Source of the DNA: Spirochaetales bacterium | Lineage (GTDB): Bacteria > Spirochaetota > Leptospiria > Leptospirales > Leptonemataceae | Direction of reading: 5' to 3' | Assembly (NCBI GenBank): GCA_015075425.1 | Contig: JABTUL010000003.1 | Location: 216,693 to 280,692 of the forward strand | DNA length: 64,000 nt | Shown: positions 51,943-60,219 of the stretch, one piece after another | Layout: every line of letters begins with the position of its first letter | Numbering within the stretch: position 1 is the first letter of the stretch | Notes under the pieces: model-generated | The model's input: only the letters and a program-made list of their open reading frames with translations | Told to the model about the DNA's origin: nothing | Databases searched by the model: none | Position numbers and translations under genes: made by a program

Positions 51943-52404
51943 TTATCTGCCAGCCATGCATTTGAAGTAGAGCAGAGCCGCTGCTTTATCCTGAGGCAGG
52001 TCCGCATCGCGGGCCCTTAACGCTATTGCCGTGGCCGCCACAATGCTACAGGCAACTTTCAGGGCCGATTTCTCGCGGCAGGTGGTGCGGAAATCACTGA
52101 GGTGGACGGTGTTTGCCAGACAGATGCCGAATAATTGCATCACTTCCTCTTCGCTGTAGAGGCGTTCGCCCGCTCTTGTTTGCCCCCCGACGATGAAGGC
52201 CGCCTGACCGCAGGCGATGACCGATGCCTCGCGCAGCGATGGCCCTTTACAGCCATCAGGATTAATGGCCGGTCCTTCTTCCAACTTGCCGTCCTCAAAG
52301 CGGTACTGGTTCAGATTCCCGGTCAGCCAGATGTACCAACCTTCTGCATGAAAGCAATGGCCTGTAAACAGGAGGATGACCAGAAAAGTGAGAATTTTCA
52401 GCAT
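51943..52404 (-). CDS. Hypothetical Cys-rich secreted protein or lipoprotein
   Basis: MLKILTFLVILLFTGHC. 153 aa with about 8 Cys. 1-nt overlap with the upstream TRL-like gene. Confidence 0.5.
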   Translation of the reverse strand: MLKILTFLVILLFTGHCFHAEGWYIWLTGNLNQYRFEDGKLEEGPAINPDGCKGPSLREASVIACGQAAFIVGGQTRAGERLYSEEEVMQLFGICLANTVHLSDFRTTCREKSALKVACSIVAATAIALRARDADLPQDKAAALLYFKCMAGR

Positions 52405-52841
52405 TATGTACCCCTCTCAATGACCGTAACTTTGATGAAGTAAAACACCGGGATTTTGAGTACATGCACATCGACCGACTGAATGCTCTGTAGACGACGG
52501 GTTTCAGGGTAATCCGTAGAACAAAAAAAACCGAACAGGCAACTCTGGCTGTATTTTACGATGGTGTTACCGCCCTCAGCTGCCGTTGCAAACAGGGGCA
52601 TTGTGTAGGAACTGAAGAGAATTCCCGAGCCCAGACCGGTAAGAAATGTCCCTTCTATTTGATCTGTGATCTTAAGAAAGCCAGCGCTTCTGTAGGGTTC
52701 ATAGGAATTGTAAGTCGAGTGGTAAGCAAATGGCCCCCGGTCGGGGCCTCGGGGCGGCCGGTTCGCCGGAGGCGGAGTGATGCAACTGAAATACCAGAGG
52801 AAAAGCAAAGTCATCCACACTGATTGCCTGAGTTGGCTCAC
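52404..52841 (-). CDS. Divergent TRL-like lipoprotein
   Basis: Lipobox LWYFSC. GILFSSYTMPLF...SIQSVDVHVLKIPVFYFIKVTVIERG weakly resembles the TRL-like family C-terminus. Confidence 0.45.
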   Translation of the reverse strand: MSQLRQSVWMTLLFLWYFSCITPPPANRPPRGPDRGPFAYHSTYNSYEPYRSAGFLKITDQIEGTFLTGLGSGILFSSYTMPLFATAAEGGNTIVKYSQSCLFGFFCSTDYPETRRLQSIQSVDVHVLKIPVFYFIKVTVIERGT

Positions 52842-52844
52842 CCA

Positions 52845-53159
52845 TTATTCTCCGCGAACAATGATCGTCGTTCTGGTGTAAACGATGGCCAGAAAGCTCA
52901 GATACTGGTAATCGACGGATGATATGCGTTGTATGGATCCATCAGCCACGGCTGCATGGATGCCAGCATTGCCAAAGCAGGTCAGGCCCAGAATGCAGTG
53001 GACGCTGGCCCGACCTTCCCGCGATGTACCGCTATTTTCAAGGGCTTGATAGGGGCCGGTGTAGTTGTTGTAGAGCAATCCCCCCGCTCCTCCGGGTGAA
53101 ACACAGGAGTACAGGACAGGAAGGCCGAGTAGCAAAGATAACAGACATTTATTGATCAT
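52845..53159 (-). CDS. TRL-like family lipoprotein
   Basis: Start chosen at MINKCLLSLLLGLPVLYSC. GGLLYNNYTGPYQA...REGRASVHCILGLTCFGNAGIHAAVADGSIQRISSVDYQYLSFLAIVYTRTTIIVRGE matches the remembered TRL-like consensus. The track ORF extends to 53240. Confidence 0.65.
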   Translation of the reverse strand: MINKCLLSLLLGLPVLYSCVSPGGAGGLLYNNYTGPYQALENSGTSREGRASVHCILGLTCFGNAGIHAAVADGSIQRISSVDYQYLSFLAIVYTRTTIIVRGE

Positions 53160-53244
53160 TTGTATGATTATCGGCTGGAACAGCGGGCGCAAATGTCGGA
53201 AAAGGCCAGGGTTCAAAACCCTGATAGAGATATCCGGCACATCG

Positions 53245-54849
53245 TTATGCCGTCATGGCTTCTTTCATAATGGTAGGAAATGCCGCGCCGCCCAGGATGA
53301 CCGATGCTGTAAAAATACCGCCAAAGAGGGCACCGCCGATGCCCAGGCTGGCCACATCGGCCCCCGTCAGGTACAGGCCAGGAATGGGAGTGCGGGGGCC
53401 GAGCCACCGCTTGCGATAGCGTTCGGGAGTGGCAGGAAGGCCGTAAATCGATCCCCGGGGGAAGGCCGTGAAATGCTCAACCGTCGCCGGTGTGGAAAGT
53501 TCCTGATAATCCACCAGGGCAGCGAAACCGGGATGACGCTTTTCCACAAAGGCCAGCATTTGCTCGGCGAGGCGCGCTTTCTTTTCCTCATACTCCGGAC
53601 CACGGTTGCGCCAGGGCAGGGTGACATAGCGAGCAAAAGGTTCGTAACTGGCAATATGGATGATTTCAGCCGTGTGCTTCCTGGCTCGATGATCCTTCAG
53701 GGACGGAAAGGAAAGGAAGGCCATCTGCGGTCCGTCCTTTTCGATATCGGCGGCTGCTGTCCGATTGTGGTCAAAGCCTGCGTACATCCAGTAGTTTTCA
53801 CCCTGAAAGCCCATTCCGGCGGGACTTTCCTTCAGGCCCAGGTAGAGGGTCAGCGCACTGCCACCGGCCGGCAGCGCTTGCAGTTCAGGCAGGAAATCCG
53901 GGGGCTGGCGAAGCAGTTTGCCATACGTACTCAGTGCACCCGCGCCGGAAATGATGACCGGTGCCCGGAATTCACGCACTTCTGCATGTCGTCCCTGTCC
54001 GGCCCGGGCGCGCACCCCGCAGGCCCGACCCCGGTCATCCAGAAGTATCTCCTGTGCCTCATGGTTGACAGCAACCATCCCGCCGGTCTTTTCGATGGTG
54101 GGCCGCAGGCTTTCGAGCAGGGAAGAGCCGCCGCCTGCGGGGTACCAGCCTCCCTGTAAGTAATGCGTAGCAATGATGCTGTGGATGGCGAAGGCACTCT
54201 GTGCCGGAGGCAGGCCATAGTCGCCCCATTGCGAGGCCAGAAGAGCGCGCAATTTCTCATCGCGAAAGTGTGACTGCAAATAAGCCTCTGTAGTCTGAAG
54301 CGCAAAGCGCGCCTTAAAGGCCTCGACACCCCGCAGAGCCAGACCGAATGGGCCGGGCAGGAGTCGGCTCATTACGTAGTATTGAAGAAAGGCGCTGGCC
54401 TTCTTTATATCTATAAAATAGCGGGCGATGGCCCTCGATTCGGCCGGAAAAAGGGATTGCAGCCGTTCTCTGTATTCCTCTTCAGCGGCGGGGACCCTGA
54501 GGACCAGATCCGGATATTCAAAAATGTCAAATTCATGGGGCATGGTCTGCCAGGAAAGAGAGCCATCCCCCAGATACTGGAAAAGCTGGTAAAGGGATTC
54601 CCCGGGCTTCATCCCGCCCAGGTAGTGGATGCCCACGTCCCAGGAGTAGCCTTTGCGCTCAAAGGCATGGGTGAAGCCGCCCGCGCGAAAATGCCTTTCC
54701 AGAAGCAGGCATTTCCAGCCCCGTTTCTTGGCGAGGGTGGCCGCCGCCGCCAGGGGCCCGATACCCGACCCAATCAAGATGCAATCGTATTCTTCTTCCG
54801 GGTGCCTGGATCCAGCCGCAGCGGCCGTTTGATACGACTTACTTTCCAT
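53245..54849 (-). CDS. FAD-dependent oxidoreductase, phytoene desaturase/retinol saturase-like (CrtI family)
   Basis: Start chosen at MESKSYQ...EEEYDCILIGSGIGPLAAAATLAKKRGWKCLLLERHFRAGGFTH, a dinucleotide-binding motif. C-terminal GLYLTGADVASLGIGGAL. The track ORF extends to 54969 across the ankyrin gene end. Confidence 0.8.
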   Translation of the reverse strand: MESKSYQTAAAAGSRHPEEEYDCILIGSGIGPLAAAATLAKKRGWKCLLLERHFRAGGFTHAFERKGYSWDVGIHYLGGMKPGESLYQLFQYLGDGSLSWQTMPHEFDIFEYPDLVLRVPAAEEEYRERLQSLFPAESRAIARYFIDIKKASAFLQYYVMSRLLPGPFGLALRGVEAFKARFALQTTEAYLQSHFRDEKLRALLASQWGDYGLPPAQSAFAIHSIIATHYLQGGWYPAGGGSSLLESLRPTIEKTGGMVAVNHEAQEILLDDRGRACGVRARAGQGRHAEVREFRAPVIISGAGALSTYGKLLRQPPDFLPELQALPAGGSALTLYLGLKESPAGMGFQGENYWMYAGFDHNRTAAADIEKDGPQMAFLSFPSLKDHRARKHTAEIIHIASYEPFARYVTLPWRNRGPEYEEKKARLAEQMLAFVEKRHPGFAALVDYQELSTPATVEHFTAFPRGSIYGLPATPERYRKRWLGPRTPIPGLYLTGADVASLGIGGALFGGIFTASVILGGAAFPTIMKEAMTA

Positions 54850-55804
54850 CAAGAATAGCCTGCATTTTGCCATCACCCTCACGGGCAGCCACTTCACGAG
54901 CTGTTTTGCCCCATTTATCCCGGGCATCGGGGTCGGCACCTGCCTGCAAATAGATTCGGGCCAGTTCATATTCTTGATTCATGACGGCACTGTGCAGCAT
55001 GGTGCTTCCGTACTGATCCAGCTGGTTCAGGTCCTTCTCATATTTTAAAAGAAGTGGAATGACATCATACGATTTATTTATGATCGACTGCATGAGGGGA
55101 GACACCCCCTTCTTGTTTTTCTGGCTAACGCTGGCACCCCTTTGCGTCAGTAATTGGATGATTTCGATTCTACTCCCTATTGCGGCCGCCATCAAAGCTG
55201 TTTGCCCCCGGTTATCCCGAGCATCCAGGGTTGCTCCCGCCTTCAGAAGAGCCCGTGCCGTGGCCAGACGATTGTTGTGTTCCAGACCGGCCGCAAGGAT
55301 CAGGGATGTGCGCCCATCGCTATCCTTTTGTTCTATGTCGGCTTTGCTTTTCAGGAAGATCTGGAAGATCGGCTGGTTTAGATGATAATCTTTTTGTAAG
55401 TAATATTGAAAATGACTCATTTCTGGCGCATAAGCTCTCTTTAGTTTCCTGTTGGGATCAAAACCGGCCGCGAGAAACCCCTTCATGGATTCATAGCTGC
55501 GGCTGGAAATACTGGCGGCAAAAGGTGTTTCCCCCGTGCTGTCCCGGGCGTACATGTCTGCGCCTTTTTCCACAAGAAGACGAATGAGCGCGCCGTCATG
55601 AAATGTGGCCGCATGATGCAGGAGCGTATAACCATCATCGCGGCGCGTGTTGACATCGAGGCCGGCTTTGACGCGCGCGTAAACGTCAGCAGGCGTTTTT
55701 AGTGGAACAAAGTCGAAAGCAAAGAGTGCTACCGGACAGAGGACCAGCCCCAGAGCGATGCCGTAGCCCGGCCTTTTGAGGAAAGGGAGTGATGAGTTTA
55801 GCAT
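54839..55804 (-). CDS. Secreted ankyrin-repeat protein
   Basis: N-terminal hydrophobic signal (GIALGLVLCPVALFA). At least 6 ANK units (DGYTLLHHAATFHDGALIRLLVEKGADMYARD, DGRTSLILAAG..., RGQTALMAAAIGSRIEIIQLLTQRGASV..., YGSTMLHSAVMNQEYELARIYLQAGADPDARD). Confidence 0.85.
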   Translation of the reverse strand: MLNSSLPFLKRPGYGIALGLVLCPVALFAFDFVPLKTPADVYARVKAGLDVNTRRDDGYTLLHHAATFHDGALIRLLVEKGADMYARDSTGETPFAASISSRSYESMKGFLAAGFDPNRKLKRAYAPEMSHFQYYLQKDYHLNQPIFQIFLKSKADIEQKDSDGRTSLILAAGLEHNNRLATARALLKAGATLDARDNRGQTALMAAAIGSRIEIIQLLTQRGASVSQKNKKGVSPLMQSIINKSYDVIPLLLKYEKDLNQLDQYGSTMLHSAVMNQEYELARIYLQAGADPDARDKWGKTAREVAAREGDGKMQAILDGK

Positions 55805-55930
55805 GGGTTTTCTTTCTCAGGCGCTGCCCGTCTGGCAAGCCCAATTGGCTGGAGCGAAGGCCTCTTTAAGTGGTCCCTTTTTTGGTTGCCCGGTCCGGGG
55901 CAGGCCGCGGTAAGTTCCAGGAAGAAATTT

Positions 55931-57361
55931 ATGACGCGTGCCCCAATTCGTCGCAACATTATGCTGTCCATTTTTGCCGGGCTTGCGCTCCCTGCCTGCT
56001 TCCAGCCTTTTTGCCTGCCTGCCGATGTATCCTGCTCGGTGTGGGCGGCCCTGATGTATCGTTCTCCGCAATCCTCAGGCAGTTCCGTCATTCCTGTTTC
56101 CTGGCTTACCTTTGGCGGGGGCGTGGGCAACGAAGCGGAAACCCTTCTCCTGCAAACAGGTGACAACGGCTATGTTCTCGCGGGAACATCGACGGCAAAC
56201 TTTGGCTCACCGATAGTAGCGCATTCAGGCGGCGGCCTTGATATTGCGCTGATTAAGCTGGATTCGAATGGAAACCAGGTCTGGAATACTTTCGCTGGAG
56301 GCAGTGGCACGGACAGCGCCTTCGGAATCGCAATAGCGAATAACGGCGACATCCTGATCGCCGGACAATCGTCGGCCACGTTCGGCAGTCCTCTAAACTC
56401 CTTTGGCGGCGTGGCCCAGGAAGCGCTGATCATGCGCTACAATTCCCAGGGGAATCTGCTCTGGATGACTTTTTTTGGCTACGCTTCCGACAATGATAGC
56501 GCCCGGGCCATTGTGCAGGCCACGGATGGAAACATCCTCATCGCCGGAACGAGCGCGGGAAATTTTGGCAGCCCGGTCAATGCGTTTTCTGGAGGAGTCA
56601 CCACCGATTTTTTGGTAGCTAAATTCCATTCAGCCGGCTCCTTGATCTGGCATACTTTCCTTGGAGGAGGAGCAACCACTCAGGATGCCTACGCCATTGC
56701 CAATGCCGCCTCCGGCGATCTTTACGTCTCGGGCGTAACCAACGCCGATTTTGGTGCCCCGATCAACCCGTACGTCGGCTCTCAGGAGCTTGTATTTGCG
56801 CGTTTCAACTCCACGGGCAATTTGCTCTGGCACACCTTCGCGGGCGGCGGTGGCAATGATTTTCCCTACGGGAGAACCGCTACCACTCAGGACGACGGCT
56901 ACGTCATGTCCGGCCTGTCGAACGCCAGTTGGGGTTCGCCTGTGTCTGCTTTTACTGCTGGAGACGATATGGTAATTTTAAAGTTTAATGCAAACGGATC
57001 TCTTGCCTTCAATACGTTCCATGGTTCAACCGGCATTGATCATGCGTATGGCGCTGTTCCGCGTGCTGATGGAACGTTTTGCGTCGTGGGAACTTCAGCC
57101 ATGACCTGGGGCTCGCCCCTGCAGGCTCACAACGGAAACAATGAAATTACGGGTATTGCGCTCGCTGCGAATGGTTCTTTGCTCTGGAATTCCTTTTACG
57201 GCTCCACGGGCCCGGATAACGGATTGTCCCTTACGGCGACCACGGATGGTGGTTGCGCTTTGGGGGGGCAGGCCGGCAATGCATTCGGGCAGCCCGTAAC
57301 AACCTTCGCCGGCGGCGATGATTTTGCCGTGATCAAACTATTTGCTGATGGCACTCTTTGA
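55931..57361 (+). CDS. SBBP-type beta-propeller repeat lipoprotein
   Basis: Start chosen at MTRAPIRRNIMLSIFAGLALPAC. About 7 repeats of the form W-x-TF-x-GG-x-G-x-D-x-a-x-aIa-x-x-x-dG-x-i-x-aG-x-s-x-a-x-FGsP. The track ORF starts at 55886. Confidence 0.7.
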   Translation: MTRAPIRRNIMLSIFAGLALPACFQPFCLPADVSCSVWAALMYRSPQSSGSSVIPVSWLTFGGGVGNEAETLLLQTGDNGYVLAGTSTANFGSPIVAHSGGGLDIALIKLDSNGNQVWNTFAGGSGTDSAFGIAIANNGDILIAGQSSATFGSPLNSFGGVAQEALIMRYNSQGNLLWMTFFGYASDNDSARAIVQATDGNILIAGTSAGNFGSPVNAFSGGVTTDFLVAKFHSAGSLIWHTFLGGGATTQDAYAIANAASGDLYVSGVTNADFGAPINPYVGSQELVFARFNSTGNLLWHTFAGGGGNDFPYGRTATTQDDGYVMSGLSNASWGSPVSAFTAGDDMVILKFNANGSLAFNTFHGSTGIDHAYGAVPRADGTFCVVGTSAMTWGSPLQAHNGNNEITGIALAANGSLLWNSFYGSTGPDNGLSLTATTDGGCALGGQAGNAFGQPVTTFAGGDDFAVIKLFADGTL

Positions 57362-57594
57362 TCCGGAAACGGCTGCTGATGTCGCAGGCTGCTTTTGGTT
57401 AGGCCAGCTCTACCAGGCGTAGAGGCCAAAACGGTACGCGAATAACCCGGGAAAAAAGGGCCCGCCAGCTCGGTGAGCTGGAGTTGCTACCCTTCCACCA
57501 ATTCCTGACAGAGCTATGGAGTGGTACTTTGATCCGCTGAAAGAAAAAAAGGCCCGGAAATCGCTCTCGGGGTTTTGCCCGGAGCGGTATTGCT

Positions 57595-59739
57595 TCAGCC
57601 TGCATCCACGGCAGAATAGAATTCCTGATCGAGTTTTTTGACCAGCCTGACTTCGTTGCCTTTTTCATTGTAGGCGATCTCATCGAAAGCGCCGAGTACC
57701 AGCATCATTCCGCGACCGTGGGCCAGATTGGATGCGTCCCGGCGACGCGCTCTCATGAGAATTTCTGCGTGGGCAAAGCCCTCGCCCTCGTCAGCGATGA
57801 CGAACTCCAGCTGATCTTTGCGCAGGTTCATGCGAACCTCAATCTTGCGGCCGGCAAGGGATGGGATTTTCAGGCGCTCCTCAATCAGTTGCAGTAGCGT
57901 GCCTGTTGCCGTGGCTGCCGTTTTTTCAGCAAAGGTAATGCCCAGGTTGCCGTGCTCGATGGCATTGATGAGGATTTCGCGCAGGGCATAGCGCACCATA
58001 CTGTATTCATCGGCGGAAAGGCGCACCTTGAGATCCGCCGTCAGGGAATGGCCCAGAAGTTCAGCCAGGGTGAAGTTGGTGGGAATTTGATAGTGGCGGC
58101 GATCCTCAAGACAGTAGGGCGAAAGCACATCATCGGGCCTCAGCGACAGTCGGGCAAAAATGGCCACGCCGTTTTGCAGGCCGACTCCCTGAAGGCGCAC
58201 CGTCAGCTCGCAGGAGTCACCCTGCGCGGTGCGAAAATCGAGAGGAAATTCCTGGGCTGGCTCTTCGGGGAGGGCGCGGCGAATGCGCTTCTGGAAAAGT
58301 TCCCGGGCCATGCGTACGTTGCTATGGCGGGCTTCATAAGCCAGATCAAAAAGGAATTTACCGGCAGTTCGGCCGGGCTCATAGCCAAGAATGGAGCGCA
58401 GGGCCCGGTTCACGGTCAGGATGCGGCCATCGCGATCCAGAGAGCAAATGATATCACCGGAATCTTCCACCAGGTGTCTGTAGATTTTTTCAGAATTGGC
58501 CAGACGCACGGACAGATCTTCTGCACGCAGGAAAGCCAGAGAATACAGTCGGGACAGTAAGAGTGCCTGAGCCAGAATGAAGACAAAAACTCCACCAGCA
58601 ACAAAGTAACCGCCAGCAACAACGTAACGACTGTACAGTATTTCATTAATTACAGCAATAAATAAAATTAAAAATCCTCCCAGAAAAAGACGCGATCCTG
58701 GCCGCTGCTTCCGGAAGGCATCAAGGCCCACGCCGATCAGTATATAGAGTCCGGTGAGAATGGTTACCATCTGGAATGGATTGTTGATATGAGTATAGAT
58801 GATCGATGGAGTGAAAGCAATGATAATGCTGGCCAGAGCGGTAAGGGCAGTCAGTGCAACGAGGGCCAACCGGGGAAAGAATCGTGAAGGAAAGACCGCG
58901 CGCGTATAAGCGAGGAAAACTGGAACGGACCAGAAGAAGCTCAGGTATTCCAGCCGATAGAGTGCATCGAAGTAGTTATGTAAATCAAAGTAATCGACCA
59001 GAACTCTTTCACCGGACAATTCGCTGCGCAGCGCCGTCAGCAGGCAAAAGACACCAAAGAATAATGGCGCGGCATCACGCTGGCGGAAGCCAAAGTGCCC
59101 GAGGTGGTACAATCCAATGGTCACGATGGCGCCAAACAAAAAAAGATCAGAAAAAATACGGGTAGCCTGGATGCGTTCTACGGCCTTCTGCGGGCCCAGG
59201 ATTAGCGCACGGGGAAAGCCGCCATTGCGATGCTGGTAGTTGGAGACCTGGATGGTTATGAGCAATGGGCTGTCGGTGGGAAGATCGCGAATCACCGTGG
59301 GCCGCCTTCCGGCCCGGCTTTGCTCTGCTGTTTTTTCCGGATGGCCGGCCACATCCCGGAGGGCGGAACCGATGTACAGCCGATAAGCCGAATCAAAATG
59401 GCCGATGCGCAGGGCAAGCGCCGGTGCATTCGGCGGCAGATCTACCCGGAGTCGGTAGGTGGCAAAGCCTGCCCCCCCCACGCTTTTCCCGGTAGCAGAA
59501 AAATCGTTCCAGGGTCCCGGCACTTTTAGAAAATGTTCCGACTTCTGCCCGGACTGCGGATCCACCCATTCCTGCCAGTGGAAGCCCCACTCTCCGGATA
59601 GAAAAAGGGGGCCGGCGGACCAGTCGTAATTTTGTAGATCCAGGATGCCAGAGCGGGCAACGGGCCGGACCGAATCCCCTTTACAGGAAAGGTACAGAAA
59701 GGTAAAGGCAAGAGCCAGGAAGGTTCGCCACCAGGACAT
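57595..59739 (-). CDS. 7TM-DISM receptor with PAS domain and C-terminal RsbW-like GHKL ATPase/kinase domain
   Basis: N-terminal extracellular GILDLQNYDWSAGPLFLSGEWGFHWQEWVDP (7TMR-DISMED2-like), then 7 TM helices. PAS-like YRHLVEDSGDIICSLDRDGRILTVNRAL. C-terminal LREILINAIEHGN...VIADEGEGF...HGRGMMLV. Confidence 0.8.
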   Translation of the reverse strand: MSWWRTFLALAFTFLYLSCKGDSVRPVARSGILDLQNYDWSAGPLFLSGEWGFHWQEWVDPQSGQKSEHFLKVPGPWNDFSATGKSVGGAGFATYRLRVDLPPNAPALALRIGHFDSAYRLYIGSALRDVAGHPEKTAEQSRAGRRPTVIRDLPTDSPLLITIQVSNYQHRNGGFPRALILGPQKAVERIQATRIFSDLFLFGAIVTIGLYHLGHFGFRQRDAAPLFFGVFCLLTALRSELSGERVLVDYFDLHNYFDALYRLEYLSFFWSVPVFLAYTRAVFPSRFFPRLALVALTALTALASIIIAFTPSIIYTHINNPFQMVTILTGLYILIGVGLDAFRKQRPGSRLFLGGFLILFIAVINEILYSRYVVAGGYFVAGGVFVFILAQALLLSRLYSLAFLRAEDLSVRLANSEKIYRHLVEDSGDIICSLDRDGRILTVNRALRSILGYEPGRTAGKFLFDLAYEARHSNVRMARELFQKRIRRALPEEPAQEFPLDFRTAQGDSCELTVRLQGVGLQNGVAIFARLSLRPDDVLSPYCLEDRRHYQIPTNFTLAELLGHSLTADLKVRLSADEYSMVRYALREILINAIEHGNLGITFAEKTAATATGTLLQLIEERLKIPSLAGRKIEVRMNLRKDQLEFVIADEGEGFAHAEILMRARRRDASNLAHGRGMMLVLGAFDEIAYNEKGNEVRLVKKLDQEFYSAVDAG

Positions 59740-59801
59740 GGTTGGAAGCTGGAATATGCCAGAGCCCCGTCAAGCCTTCTGGATGCGGCAAACGCAGGGC
59801 A

Positions 59802-60174
59802 CCCGATCGTCCGGCGACCACGGCCTCCTGCCTGGAGTCACCGGAATTCGGCCATCCCTGGCCTCATTCGATCGGGTGCTCTGCGTTTGCCGCCTGCGTG
59901 GTGAAGGAAGAGAATCGCGGAGCGATTCTCAACTAAAATTTCTTGGGATGATCCGGCCCCGATCGTCCGGCGACCACGGCCTCCTGCCTGGAGTCGCCGG
60001 AATTCGGCCATCCCTGGCCTCATTCGATCGGGTGCCCTGCGTTTGCCGCCTGCGTGGTGAAGGAAGAGAATCGCGGAGCGATTCTCAACTAAAACTTCCT
60101 GGGATGATCCGGCCCCGATCGTCCGGCGACGGCCTCCTGCCTGGAGTCGCCTGGAATTCGGCCATCCATCGGCC
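59802..60174. repeat. Tandem repeat, 156-bp unit x 2.4 copies, internally palindromic
   Basis: Copy 1 is 59802-59957 and copy 2 is 59958-60113; I counted 4 mismatches in 156. Copy 3 is 60114 to about 60174, truncated and with small indels. The unit contains the hairpins TCCGGCGAC...GTCGCCGGA, GGCCAtcccTGGCC and GAGAATCGCggaGCGATTCTC. Confidence 0.9.
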
Positions 60175-60219
60175 TAAAGGCGATTGCCAGGTCCAGAGCA
60201 GGCAATAGAGTGGCATTTG

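Noticed and set aside
53152-54159. 335-aa ORF antisense to the CrtI-like oxidoreductase gene
   Set aside because: Arg/Gly/Ala-rich composition typical of antisense frames in GC-rich genes. No motifs. The opposite strand has clear FAD-oxidoreductase motifs.
57362-57594. Possible bidirectional intrinsic terminator between the SBBP gene and the sensor gene: CCAGCTC-ggt-GAGCTGG at about 57467-57483, and an imperfect CGCTC(T)CGGG...CCCGGAGCG hairpin near 57562-57586 next to an A/T run
   Set aside because: The stems are short or bulged, and the U/A tracts are displaced by about 10 nt from the stem. This is not convincing without 3'-end data.
59860-59900. Resemblance of the minus-strand sequence CACGCAGGCGGCAAACGCAGGGCACCCG to the 5' part of the c-di-GMP-I (GEMM) riboswitch (CACGCACAGGGCAAACC...)
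   Set aside because: Only about 15 nt look similar. The downstream conserved GEMM elements (the GGGACGCAAAGCC-type second stem and tetraloop-receptor arrangement) are absent. On that strand it would point into the sensor gene start in an implausible arrangement. A cmscan would be needed to revisit this.
59802-60174. Possible CRISPR array
   Set aside because: The units are directly abutting 156-bp tandem copies with no unique spacers. The unit length is far above the CRISPR repeat size, and there are no cas genes in the window.
59645-60208. 187-aa plus-strand ORF that reads through the tandem repeat as a repeated 52-aa peptide (RSSGDHGLLPGV.GIRPSLASFDRV.CVCRLRGEGRESRSDSQLK). The unit length of 156 is divisible by 3.
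   Set aside because: It starts inside the opposite-strand sensor gene with no RBS. The peptide is Arg/Gly/Ser-rich nonsense-like. The opposite strand is also open (59838..60023). The third copy carries frame-changing indels. The DNA shows strong RNA/DNA hairpin symmetry, which explains the conservation better than coding does.
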